Shown here piece by piece: positions 19,285 through 29,575 of a DNA stretch of 57,575 bases. How positions within the stretch are numbered: position 1 is the stretch's first letter; each line of letters starts with the position of its first letter. The notes below the pieces were generated by a model. It had not been told where the DNA came from, did not search any database, and saw nothing but the letters and a program-made list of their open reading frames with translations. The translations under genes were made by a program, and so were the position numbers. The DNA lies in NCBI RefSeq assembly GCF_963510915.1, contig NZ_CAUPHG010000001.1:1-57575 (forward strand), written 5' to 3'. Source of the stretch: an uncultured Anaerococcus sp. GTDB taxonomy: Bacteria > Bacillota > Clostridia > Tissierellales > Peptoniphilaceae.

Positions 19285-21202
19285 CTTTAAAGGAATCAAA
19301 GAAAAAGAGATAGACTTTACAGAAAAGACCAACATAAGCGGTGACAATGCCACAGGCAAATCGACTATATTTGACGCCTATTCATGGTTATTATGGGGCA
19401 AGGATAGTTTTAATCGAAAGGACTATGAAATCAAGCCTTATGATGAGAATAACGACATAATTCATAACCTAGAATCAAGCGTAGTAGGAATCTTTGATAT
19501 AGACGGTAAGGGAATAAAATTTGAAAGAATATACAAAGAAGTTTGGAGCAAAAAACGAGGATCTAACACAGAAACCTTTACAGGAAATACTACAGATTTT
19601 TATATAAATGACGTGCCAAAAAAGAAAAAAGAATATGAAGACGAGATAGGAAAAATCGTTACTGAAGATGAATTTAATCTTTTATCTAATCCAATATATT
19701 TTAACACAATCCTAGACAAAAAAGAGCGTAGGAACATACTTTTAAGTCTTGTAAAAGATGTAAGCACAGATGATGTAATAAGGGCTAAAAAAGAACTAAA
19801 AGACTTAGACCTAGAACATTATAGCATAGATGAAATCCAAGCTATGGCCAATGCTAGTAGTAAAAAAATCAATAACAAGCTAAAAGAGATACCAGCAAGG
19901 ATTGATGAACTAGAAAAAACAAAAACTACAGAAGATTTCACCGAGCTAGAAAAGGAAAAATCAGAAATCCAAAAGTCCATAGATGATATAGATAAATACC
20001 TAGCAGGTACTAAAGATGTAGGCAAAGAGATAGAAGAAAAGCAAAAAGCTATGACAGACCTACTAAGTGAGTGTCACAAAATCACAGGAGAGTTTGAAAA
20101 TAATAAAGCTAAGCTAATCAAAGAAGCAGAAACAGATTTAAACGATACTAGAAGGAAAATAACAGCAGCAGACTATGAAATAGAAAACTTAATTGATAGA
20201 AGAAAGACCCTAGCAAAGTATCAAGAAAGAAGTCGAGACTCAATCAATAAATATAAAAAAGATATGGAGATACTAAGGGAAAAATGGAAAAATATACAAT
20301 TAGAAAAATTTGATGGAAATTTTATATGCCCTACTTGTGGAAAAGAATTTGATCCAGAAAAGAAAGATGAAATCTTAAAGCATTTTAATCTAGATAAAAG
20401 CAAAAGACTAGAAGAGATAGGCAAAGATGGTCAATATTGCCAGGGTGAAGTTAAGAGCCTAGAAGAAGACCTAGCAGCAAACAAAGAAGAGCTAGAAGAA
20501 ATTCAAAGCACATTATTAAAGATTAGCGATGCTAGGGCGGCTAATAAGATGCTAGAAGCTGACCAAGAAGAAAAGCTTGATAAAGCACAAAAATTAGAAC
20601 TTTGTGACAAAGCACTTAAAGAGATAGACGAGAGAAGAGAAAAGTCAAAAGCAATCCAAAAAGAAATTGACGATATAAGTAAGGTCGATAATACCCAAAA
20701 ATTGGAGCAAAAACAGGTCTTAGTTAAAAGTTTAGATGAAATTAATACTAAACTATCTAATCAAGGTTTAAATGCGAAATTGGACGAAAAAATAAGCAAA
20801 TACGAAAAAGAGGAAAAAGACCTAGCTATAGCTTACGAGGGTGAACAGTACAAATTGTTTTTGTGCGATGAGTACACAAAAACCTATGCAGAGCTAGTTA
20901 ATGACAAAATCAATAAGCTATTTAATTTTGTAGAGTTTAAGCTATTTGATACACAAATCAACGGAGGAATCGTAGAGGTTGCAGATGCAACTTATGGCGG
21001 AGTACCTTACGGATCACTTAATAGTGCGGCACAGATAAATGCGGGTCTAGATGTTATAAAGGCCTTAAGTAAGCACTTTGAAAAGCAAATACCAATCTTT
21101 GTAGACAATGCAGAGAGTGTAAACAAGCTAATTGACGTAGATAGCCAACTTATAACACTTACAGTAAGCAAACTTAAGAATTTAAAAGTCGAAGAATTAT
21201 AG
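19250..21202 (+). CDS. Rad50/SbcC-like AAA ATPase
   Basis: LSNFKG, Walker A GDNATGKST, central CPTC hook in coiled coil, IFVDNAES Walker B. Confidence 0.88.
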   Translation: MHVTLKKLTLSNFKGIKEKEIDFTEKTNISGDNATGKSTIFDAYSWLLWGKDSFNRKDYEIKPYDENNDIIHNLESSVVGIFDIDGKGIKFERIYKEVWSKKRGSNTETFTGNTTDFYINDVPKKKKEYEDEIGKIVTEDEFNLLSNPIYFNTILDKKERRNILLSLVKDVSTDDVIRAKKELKDLDLEHYSIDEIQAMANASSKKINNKLKEIPARIDELEKTKTTEDFTELEKEKSEIQKSIDDIDKYLAGTKDVGKEIEEKQKAMTDLLSECHKITGEFENNKAKLIKEAETDLNDTRRKITAADYEIENLIDRRKTLAKYQERSRDSINKYKKDMEILREKWKNIQLEKFDGNFICPTCGKEFDPEKKDEILKHFNLDKSKRLEEIGKDGQYCQGEVKSLEEDLAANKEELEEIQSTLLKISDARAANKMLEADQEEKLDKAQKLELCDKALKEIDERREKSKAIQKEIDDISKVDNTQKLEQKQVLVKSLDEINTKLSNQGLNAKLDEKISKYEKEEKDLAIAYEGEQYKLFLCDEYTKTYAELVNDKINKLFNFVEFKLFDTQINGGIVEVADATYGGVPYGSLNSAAQINAGLDVIKALSKHFEKQIPIFVDNAESVNKLIDVDSQLITLTVSKLKNLKVEEL

Positions 21203-21211
21203 GAGTTAAAC

Positions 21212-22150
21212 ATGACAAATCAAATCCCAATGAAAACAGGAGTAACACAGATAATCAACCAGGCTATAGGTATGTACACAAAGATGGTCGAAAACAAGCA
21301 AGTAGACATACCAGAAAATTATAGCTATAAAAACGCAATCCAAGCGGCAAGGTACTTGATAACTAAACCGATAGAAAAAGGACCAAATAAAGGCAAGGCG
21401 ATTGTAGACATTTGTACCCAAGAGTCAATCTTAAAGACGATTATGGAGATGGCGCAAAAAGGGCTAAACCCAGATAAAAAGCAATGTTACTTTATCCCTT
21501 ACGGCAATACTTGCACCTTATCTATATCCTATCAAGGCAATGTAGCCCTAGCTAAAAGAGGGGGCGAGGATATAGGCGAGACATACGCCTATGCGGTCTA
21601 TAAAAATGACAAACTAGAACTAGTCTTTGATCCTAAAAAAGGAGTTATACAAGTCAAGTCCTATGAACCAGATATAAGCAAGTGGACTAAGTCGGATATA
21701 ACAGGAGCCTTTGCAGTAATCACAGATAGAAGAGGAAATGTCAGGTACACAGAATACATGACAATGGAGCAGATAAAAGACTCTTGGGCCATGGGAGGGG
21801 CAAAAGGCGAATCACCAGCACATAAAAATTTCCCAGACCAGCAGGCTATAAAAACTGTTAAATCAAGGGCAGTAAAATCCTTTGTCAATACGGCAGATGA
21901 TTCTGACATAGTAAGTGCAAGTGATAAGTCAGCAGCTTATACAGACCAGGAGATAAGCCAAGAGCTAGAACATAAGGCAAATACCCTAGAGCTAGACATT
22001 GGCAATGAAGAACTTAAAGAGGAAGAAGTTAAAGCTATAGCAGAAAACATAGATACAGAGCCAGATGAAATCATCGAAGAAGAACAAGAAGAAATACAAC
22101 CTGACTTTTTTACAGATGATTTTGTAGAAGTGAAAAATCCACCATTTTAG
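21212..22150 (+). CDS. recT: RecT family recombinase
   Basis: GLNPDKKQCYFIPYGN, SYQG, HKNFPDQQAIKTV, acidic tail. Confidence 0.9.
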   Translation: MTNQIPMKTGVTQIINQAIGMYTKMVENKQVDIPENYSYKNAIQAARYLITKPIEKGPNKGKAIVDICTQESILKTIMEMAQKGLNPDKKQCYFIPYGNTCTLSISYQGNVALAKRGGEDIGETYAYAVYKNDKLELVFDPKKGVIQVKSYEPDISKWTKSDITGAFAVITDRRGNVRYTEYMTMEQIKDSWAMGGAKGESPAHKNFPDQQAIKTVKSRAVKSFVNTADDSDIVSASDKSAAYTDQEISQELEHKANTLELDIGNEELKEEEVKAIAENIDTEPDEIIEEEQEEIQPDFFTDDFVEVKNPPF

Positions 22151-22885
22151 GTGATTGACATGGAAATTGAAGTTTTAGGAACAGGGTCTAGCGGTAATTG
22201 CTACAAGTTAGACAACGGGTCGTCCACGCTTTTACTAGAGTGTGGGCTACCATTCAAGGTGATTCAAAGAAAGCTAGGCTTTAAGACTAGCGAGATAGGT
22301 GCTTGCTTGATAACACATGAACACCTTGACCATGCAAAAGCAGCAAAAGACCTAGCAAGGGCAGGTATTGACTTATACATGACTAAAGGAACGGCGGAAG
22401 CCTTAAAGCTATACGGACATAGGATTAATACATTTGAGGGTATCAAAATAGGCGATATTTTGACCTACAAGGCTTTTAATATCGGTTGCTATAGGATTAC
22501 ACCTTTTATGACAATACATGATGTTAGAGAGCCAGTTGGATATGTAATAAGCGATTTATTGCAAGGGGAACAAATCTTTTTTGTTACAGATACAGCCTAC
22601 TTGCCCTATAAGATACCAAAGGTCGACTATATCATGATTGAGTGCAATTATACAAAGTCAAAAATTGATAACAAGTTAAGATATGGACTCATTCATGCAA
22701 GCTTGAGAAATAGGATTGTGAAAAATCATATGAGCCTTGAAACAGTTGTAGAAGCCCTTAAACTTGCGGATTTGAGTAAGTGTAAAAAGATTTATGTTTT
22801 GCACTTATCAGATGGTAATAGTGATGAAGCGGAAATTAAAAGACAGATACAGGAAGTTAGCGGAGTAGAAGTGGAGGTTTGCTAG
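22151..22885 (+). CDS. Metallo-beta-lactamase-fold nuclease (YycJ-like)
   Basis: GSSGNCY, THEHLDH, HD, TDT, LHLS. Confidence 0.9.
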   Translation: MIDMEIEVLGTGSSGNCYKLDNGSSTLLLECGLPFKVIQRKLGFKTSEIGACLITHEHLDHAKAAKDLARAGIDLYMTKGTAEALKLYGHRINTFEGIKIGDILTYKAFNIGCYRITPFMTIHDVREPVGYVISDLLQGEQIFFVTDTAYLPYKIPKVDYIMIECNYTKSKIDNKLRYGLIHASLRNRIVKNHMSLETVVEALKLADLSKCKKIYVLHLSDGNSDEAEIKRQIQEVSGVEVEVC

Positions 22886-23644
22886 ATGGCAAAGAGAAAA
22901 ACAATTAGTAAGAAATTAAGATTTGAAGTTTTCAAGAGAGACTCTTTTACTTGTCAATATTGTGGAAAATCAGCACCGAATGTGATTTTGGAAGTAGACC
23001 ATATAAACCCAGTAAGCAAGGGTGGTACTAATGATTTATTAAACTTGATAACCTCATGCAGGGATTGCAATAGAGGAAAATCTGATAGGAAATTGTCGGA
23101 TAACTCAATGGTGACAAAGCAACAGCAGGAAATGGAAGAGCTACAAGAAAAACGAAACCAAATAGACATGATGTTAGAATGGCGAGATGAATTAAAAAAC
23201 CTTGATAATGATGTTGTTGAAATATTTTGTGAAGAGTTTGAGATAGCAACCGATTGTGAAGTTACGGACGAAGGTAAAAAGCGAATAAAAAAATGGCTTA
23301 AAAAGTATAAATTAAAAGATTTACTAGAAGCTATGGATAGGTCGATAATTCAATATTCAGATACTAACAAAGCATTTGATATGATACCAAGAATTGCTTA
23401 TTATGTAGCAAATCCAGAGAAAGGTGCAGATGTTGATTTATACTATATAAGCGGAATTTTGAACAATAGGCTTTACTATTATAACAAACCAGTAGGAATT
23501 AATTATCTAAAAAGGGTCTCTAAATACGTTGATAAAGATTACTTAACCGAGGTTGCCAAGACGGTTAAGAATTGGACTGAATTTAAAGAGACTATGGAAT
23601 ACATAATCGAAATAGAGGCAGGATATGAGCAGAACAATAATTGA
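22886..23644 (+). CDS. HNH endonuclease
   Basis: RDSFTCQYCG, EVDHINPVSKGG, NLITSCRDCNRGK. Confidence 0.9.
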   Translation: MAKRKTISKKLRFEVFKRDSFTCQYCGKSAPNVILEVDHINPVSKGGTNDLLNLITSCRDCNRGKSDRKLSDNSMVTKQQQEMEELQEKRNQIDMMLEWRDELKNLDNDVVEIFCEEFEIATDCEVTDEGKKRIKKWLKKYKLKDLLEAMDRSIIQYSDTNKAFDMIPRIAYYVANPEKGADVDLYYISGILNNRLYYYNKPVGINYLKRVSKYVDKDYLTEVAKTVKNWTEFKETMEYIIEIEAGYEQNNN

Positions 23645-24626
23645 ACGTGAATTTTGGAATGATGAACAAGTTATAGATGAGTACAGCCCAGAAGATAAGC
23701 TATTCATGATGTATTTACTTACTTGTCCTAGAGGTAATTCAACAGGAATCTTTAAACTACCTATAAAGCTAATGGCCTTTGAAATAGGCTATAGTCCAGA
23801 ATCGACTAGAACTTTGATAGATAGGTTTATGAACAAGTACACCAGGATAACTTATGATTTTGAAGAACAGGAAATAGCAATCCATAATGCTATGAAATAC
23901 ACCATAAATAGAGGTGGTAGGCCTATTGAAGAAATGGTAACTAGAACGCTTGAAGAAGTATCGAGCCTTCACTTAATCGAAAGAGTGTACGAAAACATGA
24001 TTGATTGGTGGGAGTTATCAAAAAGAGATGTAGATAAAAGTATAAAAACTATATTTGAGCAAGAAATAAGTAAGAGGAACTATATCTTAAATACTTATAC
24101 TAATACTTATACTAATACTTATACTTATACTCATACGCCTACCGAATCGGTACCCGATACGGAAGAAGTGGAAAAATTCAACATTTCAGAAAAAAATAAA
24201 TTATACTCTGATACGGTACACGATACGCCCACCGAATCGGTACCCGATACGGCAAAACAACCACAACCTAATCGGAAAAGCCAAATCATAGACGAGTGGA
24301 ACAAGCTAGATGGCAATATACCCAAGATACAATCCTTAAATCCAGGAACTGATAGGTACAAGATGTTAAAGGCAAGAATCAGTGAATATAGCCTAGATGA
24401 TGTTTTAAAAGCAATTAAGACCATAGATAATAGCCGATTTTTAAAAGGCTACATCAGCACGTGGAATGCGACCTTTGATTGGTTCGTAAAGCCTAGTAAC
24501 TTTGTAAAAGTCCTAGAGGGAACTTACAACGATAAAGCAGAGATACAGCCAACAAAAGAGGAATCCATATCAGAAATTGCAAGAAGACGAAGATTAGAAA
24601 GACTAAAAAACCAGGAGAACAAATGA
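23625..24626 (+). CDS. Phage replication initiator / replisome organiser
   Basis: FWND..V...SPEDKLFMMYLLT N-terminus, WNATFDWFVKPSNFVKVLEG C-terminus, internal repeats. Confidence 0.85.
   Translation: MSRTIIEREFWNDEQVIDEYSPEDKLFMMYLLTCPRGNSTGIFKLPIKLMAFEIGYSPESTRTLIDRFMNKYTRITYDFEEQEIAIHNAMKYTINRGGRPIEEMVTRTLEEVSSLHLIERVYENMIDWWELSKRDVDKSIKTIFEQEISKRNYILNTYTNTYTNTYTYTHTPTESVPDTEEVEKFNISEKNKLYSDTVHDTPTESVPDTAKQPQPNRKSQIIDEWNKLDGNIPKIQSLNPGTDRYKMLKARISEYSLDDVLKAIKTIDNSRFLKGYISTWNATFDWFVKPSNFVKVLEGTYNDKAEIQPTKEESISEIARRRRLERLKNQENK
24090..24252 (+). repeat. Iteron-like repeats (putative phage origin)
   Basis: 3x AATACTTATACT (24090-24125); 30-bp repeat at 24133 and 24223 (1 mismatch). Confidence 0.75.
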
Positions 24627-25090
24627 AACTAGAAATAAACGACTATGAGCTAATTTTACTTAATCAATTAATGGCAATATCAGTTGAGCTTGACAAGAAA
24701 GACGAATTGTTCGATAAAAACATGGACGCTGACAGCAAAATAGCAGCAGTAAGTGGAATGGCAAGCCTAAGTTCAAAGCTTTACGAAATATCAAAGAAAA
24801 GGCTAAAAGAAGTTAGGGAAGAAGAGACAACAGGCAAAGAATCGACTGATAAGAAAGAAAAACAGCCAAAAAACCATGTAAAAATCAAATTAGTATATCA
24901 TGACGGATTGACTGAAGACGGTTATCCGAAAAACAGATATGAAGAAATAGATGATTTTATAGCTTTATATATCAACGAGTACACCAAGGGCTTAAGTGTT
25001 TATTGTAAGGGTAGGCACTTAATGCTAGACCATGAAGATTTTTATGGAATTGAAGTTATAGACGAAAAGGAGAATCGAGATGAAAATTAA
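24623..25090 (+). CDS. Hypothetical phage protein
   Basis: RBS AGGAG; C-terminus paralogous to next ORF. Confidence 0.65.
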   Translation: MKLEINDYELILLNQLMAISVELDKKDELFDKNMDADSKIAAVSGMASLSSKLYEISKKRLKEVREEETTGKESTDKKEKQPKNHVKIKLVYHDGLTEDGYPKNRYEEIDDFIALYINEYTKGLSVYCKGRHLMLDHEDFYGIEVIDEKENRDEN

Positions 25091-25316
25091 GCTAATGTTT
25101 GCAGAAAAAGATAGTGAAGAAATCGAAGAAATAGTTGTAATTGATGATTTTATAGAATTTTGGATCAATGATCTAGACGGTAGTTTTACAATAAGAGGAA
25201 AACTTAATATGCTAAGTAAATATGTGAAATCTATTCATGAAGGATTTTTAAGTGCTGATAGCGAGAAATTCTATGGGGTGATGGCTATAGATAACGAAAA
25301 GGAGAATCAAGAATGA
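25080..25316 (+). CDS. Hypothetical phage protein
   Basis: RBS AAGGAG, overlap. Confidence 0.6.
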   Translation: MKIKLMFAEKDSEEIEEIVVIDDFIEFWINDLDGSFTIRGKLNMLSKYVKSIHEGFLSADSEKFYGVMAIDNEKENQE

Positions 25317-25813
25317 ATCGTGTAGATTTAGTGGGCTACTTAGTAAGAGACCCAGAATTAAAATATACCCAATCAAATCAAGCGGTATGCACTTTTACTT
25401 TAGCAGTAAATAAAAGACTAAGCAGGGAGAAAAAACAAGAACTAGAAGCACAAAATAGACCTACAGCAGATTTTCCGAGGATATATGTATGGGGCAAGAT
25501 GGGAGAAAATGCCAACAGATACCTATTTAAGGGCAACCCATGTGCGATTGAAGGGAGACTTCAAACAGGATCATACCAGGATAGGGAAAGTGGAAAAACA
25601 ATCTACACTACAGATGTGATTGCAGATAACGTCACCTTCCTACCAAATTCGAGTCAAAATGGTACCCAGCAGGCGAGGAATAACAATTCTAATGTAAATA
25701 CTAGCCGAGGACAACAAAATCAATCTAGGGGCAATTATGGACGAAATAATGACAATGGATTTTATGAAGATGATTTTAGCGAGATAGAAGACAATGGTGC
25801 CATACCATTTTAA
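25313..25813 (+). CDS. ssb: Phage single-stranded DNA-binding protein
   Basis: MNRVDLVGYLVRDPELKYT...IPF. Confidence 0.93.
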   Translation: MNRVDLVGYLVRDPELKYTQSNQAVCTFTLAVNKRLSREKKQELEAQNRPTADFPRIYVWGKMGENANRYLFKGNPCAIEGRLQTGSYQDRESGKTIYTTDVIADNVTFLPNSSQNGTQQARNNNSNVNTSRGQQNQSRGNYGRNNDNGFYEDDFSEIEDNGAIPF

Positions 25814-25852
25814 AAAAACTAAACAAATAACAGAAAACAAAAGGAGAACAAA

Positions 25853-26191
25853 ATGAAAGTACAAATCGGACGAGATTATATTGTTATTGATGGATTACTA
25901 TATGACTTTACAAGTTATAAAGATATGAATATTTATGCCCTTTTAAGCGTTATCAATACAGTTGATAATTCAAGATACCCAGATGAGGCAAGCGAAAGAA
26001 TGGACAAAGAGGTTATTGCTGACGAAGATTTTTTTCAAACACCATATGGATATACAATTCTCCAAATTTTGTATGCTTATTATAACTTCACAGACCTAAA
26101 AGCGCTTGGTGAAGAATATAATCAGCTTACAGAAATAAGAAGAAATATCAACAAGAAATTTCAAAAGAAGTGCCATATGCAATATGAATAA
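25853..26191 (+). CDS. Hypothetical phage protein
   Basis: RBS AAGGAG. Confidence 0.6.
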   Translation: MKVQIGRDYIVIDGLLYDFTSYKDMNIYALLSVINTVDNSRYPDEASERMDKEVIADEDFFQTPYGYTILQILYAYYNFTDLKALGEEYNQLTEIRRNINKKFQKKCHMQYE

Positions 26192-26378
26192 CAATAAAAA
26201 ATCAATCGAAGACTTAAAGGCAGAAATGATAGCCTATGATTATAAAATAGGCACTTCATGGGAGAATAATTTTTTCAAGAAAAAACATTATAAAAAATTT
26301 GATAGAGTGATGTTTTTCCATTATTTGGACTTGATACAGGAAATTAGAGACGCGGCACAAAGAAACGAGGAAGTATGA
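26184..26378 (+). CDS. Hypothetical phage protein
   Basis: Overlapping ORF in operon. Confidence 0.5.
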   Translation: MNNNKKSIEDLKAEMIAYDYKIGTSWENNFFKKKHYKKFDRVMFFHYLDLIQEIRDAAQRNEEV

Positions 26379-26611
26379 ACAAAAAAGTAACAGTTGATTT
26401 TAAATTTGGCGGAAAAGAAGATTTTGATTGTGATGAATACTCTGTAGATGAGGACAGGGGAATCTTGGAAATAAAAGCTAACGGTGACGTTATAGGCATG
26501 GTGATGCTTGAAACAATCAAGTATTGGCGAGAAGAGACCAACAATGACAAGTAAAGAAATTGAGGACGATCCAGTATTTTATATAAAAGCAAGTGAAGAC
26601 TAGGAGAAAAT

Positions 26612-27130
26612 GTGCAAGAAAAGGGATTTCAAATAAGATACAGAAGTTTACAAAATAATGGATTTGGTAAGAATTTTGAAAAGGTAATATCCGATGCTTG
26701 CGACTACTACAGAAAAAAAGGCATAGCGGAAATTGCAAAAATAGATGAACCGTTTAGAGTTATACAACTATACAAGGGTGGAAAATTTAAGGGGCAATTT
26801 ACAGCGAATGCTAACCCGGATTTTGAGGGAACTCTAAAAGGTGGTAGGTCTATATGCTTTGAAGCTAAATACACCACTACAGATAGATTAAAGCAAGACG
26901 TAGTAAGCGATAAGCAATGGGAAGTATTAGACCTTAAACACAAACTAGGAGGATTTGTAGGTGTTTGTGGAGGTATACAAAACAAATACTACTTCATACC
27001 ATGGGAAGTGTGGATCAATATGAAAAGCCTATACGGAAGAAAATATGTAAAACAAGAAGACATAGGCGAATACGAAGTACCTTATAGGCACGGAATAATG
27101 TTTTTAGATTATAAAACCAATGGAAAATAG
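26612..27130 (+). CDS. recU: RecU-type Holliday junction resolvase
   Basis: GKNFE, IAKIDEP, PDFEGTLKGGRSICFEAK. Confidence 0.85.
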   Translation: MQEKGFQIRYRSLQNNGFGKNFEKVISDACDYYRKKGIAEIAKIDEPFRVIQLYKGGKFKGQFTANANPDFEGTLKGGRSICFEAKYTTTDRLKQDVVSDKQWEVLDLKHKLGGFVGVCGGIQNKYYFIPWEVWINMKSLYGRKYVKQEDIGEYEVPYRHGIMFLDYKTNGK

Positions 27131-27131
27131 C

Positions 27132-27392
27132 ATGAAATTATCAATCATCTATTATCCAAAAATGAAAAGACCACGGCTGCTAAAAAGGGAGCATGGAAAG
27201 TACGAACAGCACGCCCACTTTTACACGAAAAAAGAAGCCACTAAGTGTCGCATTTTAATAGATAAACAAATTTATCCTAGGGAAAAGAAATATCTAATTG
27301 CTATGAAAAGAATTTTGACCGAAGAAGAATATAAAAAATTAAACAAAAGACCTAGGTATTGTAACAAGTGCAATAAGTCTAGGAGAAAATAA
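27132..27392 (+). CDS. Basic hypothetical phage protein
   Basis: ORF in operon. Confidence 0.55.
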   Translation: MKLSIIYYPKMKRPRLLKREHGKYEQHAHFYTKKEATKCRILIDKQIYPREKKYLIAMKRILTEEEYKKLNKRPRYCNKCNKSRRK

Positions 27393-27401
27393 GGGGACTA
27401 A

Positions 27402-27917
27402 ATGACAGAAAATACAGATATAAGAGCTAGAAGGCTTGAAGAAATAATGAAACAGAGTCTAGACCTATACAAGAAAAAGAACGCTGACTATGGCAATAGC
27501 TTTGCTGAAGTTTACAAAGAGTTGGGATTTGAATCAGGACTAGTGCAGATCCTACACAAGGTAAATAGGATTAAAGGAATCCACAGCAAAGGAAAAGCTG
27601 AAGTGGAGAATGAATCCATTAGGGATAGCCTTGTAGACCTTGCTAACTATGCACTAATGACTGTTGTAGAAATGGAACTTGAAGAAAACAAAGAAGATGA
27701 ACTGATTAAAAATATAAAAACTTTAGGTTTATATGCAAAGTCGGATAATAGAAAAATTAAAATAGGTACAAGTGACGGTTGTTGGGATATAGGAGAAATT
27801 AATAAAGCTAGTGAAAGTAATTTCAAGTTATTTGTCGGCTATTGGTTTCTAGAAAATAAGGAGGCAAAAGCCTTATGGGGCTATATCCTGGATTACATGA
27901 TTAAGAATAAGGAATGA
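27402..27917 (+). CDS. DUF1599 / nucleotide-modification-associated domain protein
   Basis: KKNADYGNSF...ESIRDSLVDLANYALM. Confidence 0.8.
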   Translation: MTENTDIRARRLEEIMKQSLDLYKKKNADYGNSFAEVYKELGFESGLVQILHKVNRIKGIHSKGKAEVENESIRDSLVDLANYALMTVVEMELEENKEDELIKNIKTLGLYAKSDNRKIKIGTSDGCWDIGEINKASESNFKLFVGYWFLENKEAKALWGYILDYMIKNKE

Positions 27918-27920
27918 CCT

Positions 27921-28163
27921 ATGGATCATAAAAAACTATTAGAGAGACTAGGCGAAGAATTTCAAGCACGCGAAAACAACAAAGGATTTGAACTTTACGA
28001 TACAAAACGCAACCTAATAGCAACCATAAAGGTAAAAGATGGGGATATAAATTACTCAATAAACAAAGGCTTTAACAAGCTAAGCAGAATGAAAAGAAGA
28101 AAAGTTTTGTATGAATTATATGGTTTTTGTCAAGAAGAAAAGGAAGTCGGGAGGGCCAGATGA
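27921..28163 (+). CDS. Hypothetical phage protein
   Basis: ORF in operon. Confidence 0.55.
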   Translation: MDHKKLLERLGEEFQARENNKGFELYDTKRNLIATIKVKDGDINYSINKGFNKLSRMKRRKVLYELYGFCQEEKEVGRAR

Positions 28164-28543
28164 GAAAGTGCAGAATTTATGACAAACAATTTAAAATCAT
28201 AAGAGATGTTAAGTATATAGATTATCAAAACAAAGAAGTTATGTACTATACTGATGAAATTGAAGGAAACGAAAAGTGGTCCGACCTTGATATAGTGAGG
28301 GGCTTTGATGAAGTCAATATCATGTGGTCTACAGGTTTAAAAGATAAAAACGGTGTAGAGATATACGAAGGCGACATATTAGTTGACTATAACGGCCATG
28401 AGGCTGAATATAACGAAGTCAAGTGGAGCGACAAATATCTTACCTGGATGATAGAAGGTGATTTTGATATTGAGTTTTTAAGAGATTTTGCAAGACACAT
28501 TTCACTCGAAGTAATAGGAAATATTTACGAGGATCAAGAATGA
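28160..28543 (+). CDS. YopX family protein
   Basis: STGLKDKNGVEIYEGDIL...EVIGNIYE. Confidence 0.9.
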   Translation: MRKCRIYDKQFKIIRDVKYIDYQNKEVMYYTDEIEGNEKWSDLDIVRGFDEVNIMWSTGLKDKNGVEIYEGDILVDYNGHEAEYNEVKWSDKYLTWMIEGDFDIEFLRDFARHISLEVIGNIYEDQE

Positions 28544-28661
28544 CAGAAAAAACGTTTGAAGACTTAATAATATTTTTAATGTTTTCACTAGTAATGGCTT
28601 TTATATGGTTTGGAACGATACACCCAACAAAGAAATAACAAAATTAAAAGGAGTTAAACAT

Positions 28662-28847
28662 ATGAAATTAACTGAATTACAAGACATATTAGGCAAAGAA
28701 ATAACAAAACTAACAAACAAAGAGGACTTGACAACATTCGATCTAGACAAGGCAAATGCTATTTCTAAAATGGCTTGCCAGATGATAAGCAATGCTAGCG
28801 TTATATTAAGGGCAAATAAGAGAAATGACAAAAACGACCTTATATAA
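28662..28847 (+). CDS. Small phage protein preceding HNH-like gene
   Basis: RBS AAGGAG; KANAISKMACQMISNA pattern. Confidence 0.55.
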   Translation: MKLTELQDILGKEITKLTNKEDLTTFDLDKANAISKMACQMISNASVILRANKRNDKNDLI

Positions 28848-29556
28848 AACTAAATTTGGCAAAGTATATAGACTAAATGATTTAGGTAAAACGCTAATTG
28901 ATGAGAATTGGAAATGCAAGACCATAGATGAATTGGCAACTATAATTGATATATCCGAGGTAAGCGTAAAAAACTATATGAGAAAAAAGGGTTATGTAAA
29001 AAGACTTACAGGCAGAAAATATGAGGATTTCAAAGATAAGGTTGTAGAAACTTTAAGACCCTATGAGAGTAAATTGCAATTTGAAGAAATGCGAAAGGTA
29101 CTTAACAATAAGCACAATATAAAATTGACAAAAGACCAGCTATTATCAATAGTTAAAGATTCTAAGATAGAGTCAATTTATGGCAAAGGTTATATAAGAG
29201 TGTTTGTAGATGGAGATAAAAACAACCTAGATTGGGATAATATAATTTTGTTAACTAAAGCTGAACATAAAGCCTTATCAAGGTTTGTGTCTATAAAATT
29301 AACTCATGGTGAACTTTTATTAGCAGCTATTGAACTAGCAAAGTTAAGAGTGGCAAAAATGAACATGAAAGAAGTTTATACAGCTACTAATCGAAAAACG
29401 GGTCAAGTGATAAAAGCTAATTCTCATACAAAAATCAGCAGAAAGCTGACAAAAAGAAACAGTCAATATAAAGATTGTAAAACTATAGGAGAAAATGGCG
29501 AAAGATATATAGGGGATTGGGTTGTGACTAGAGAGGTTATGACTCAATCAAGATAG
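28825..29556 (+). CDS. HTH plus degenerate HNH-like protein
   Basis: FVDGDKNNLDWDNIILL..AEH resembles HNH_3 lacking the first His. Confidence 0.5.
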   Translation: MTKTTLYKTKFGKVYRLNDLGKTLIDENWKCKTIDELATIIDISEVSVKNYMRKKGYVKRLTGRKYEDFKDKVVETLRPYESKLQFEEMRKVLNNKHNIKLTKDQLLSIVKDSKIESIYGKGYIRVFVDGDKNNLDWDNIILLTKAEHKALSRFVSIKLTHGELLLAAIELAKLRVAKMNMKEVYTATNRKTGQVIKANSHTKISRKLTKRNSQYKDCKTIGENGERYIGDWVVTREVMTQSR

Positions 29557-29575
29557 AAATCACAGAGGATCAAGA

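Noticed and set aside
24090..24252. CRISPR array or DGR TR/VR pair
   Set aside because: Repeats are in-frame, only two long copies, no unique-spacer series, no cas or reverse transcriptase gene, and the mismatch is not adenine-specific
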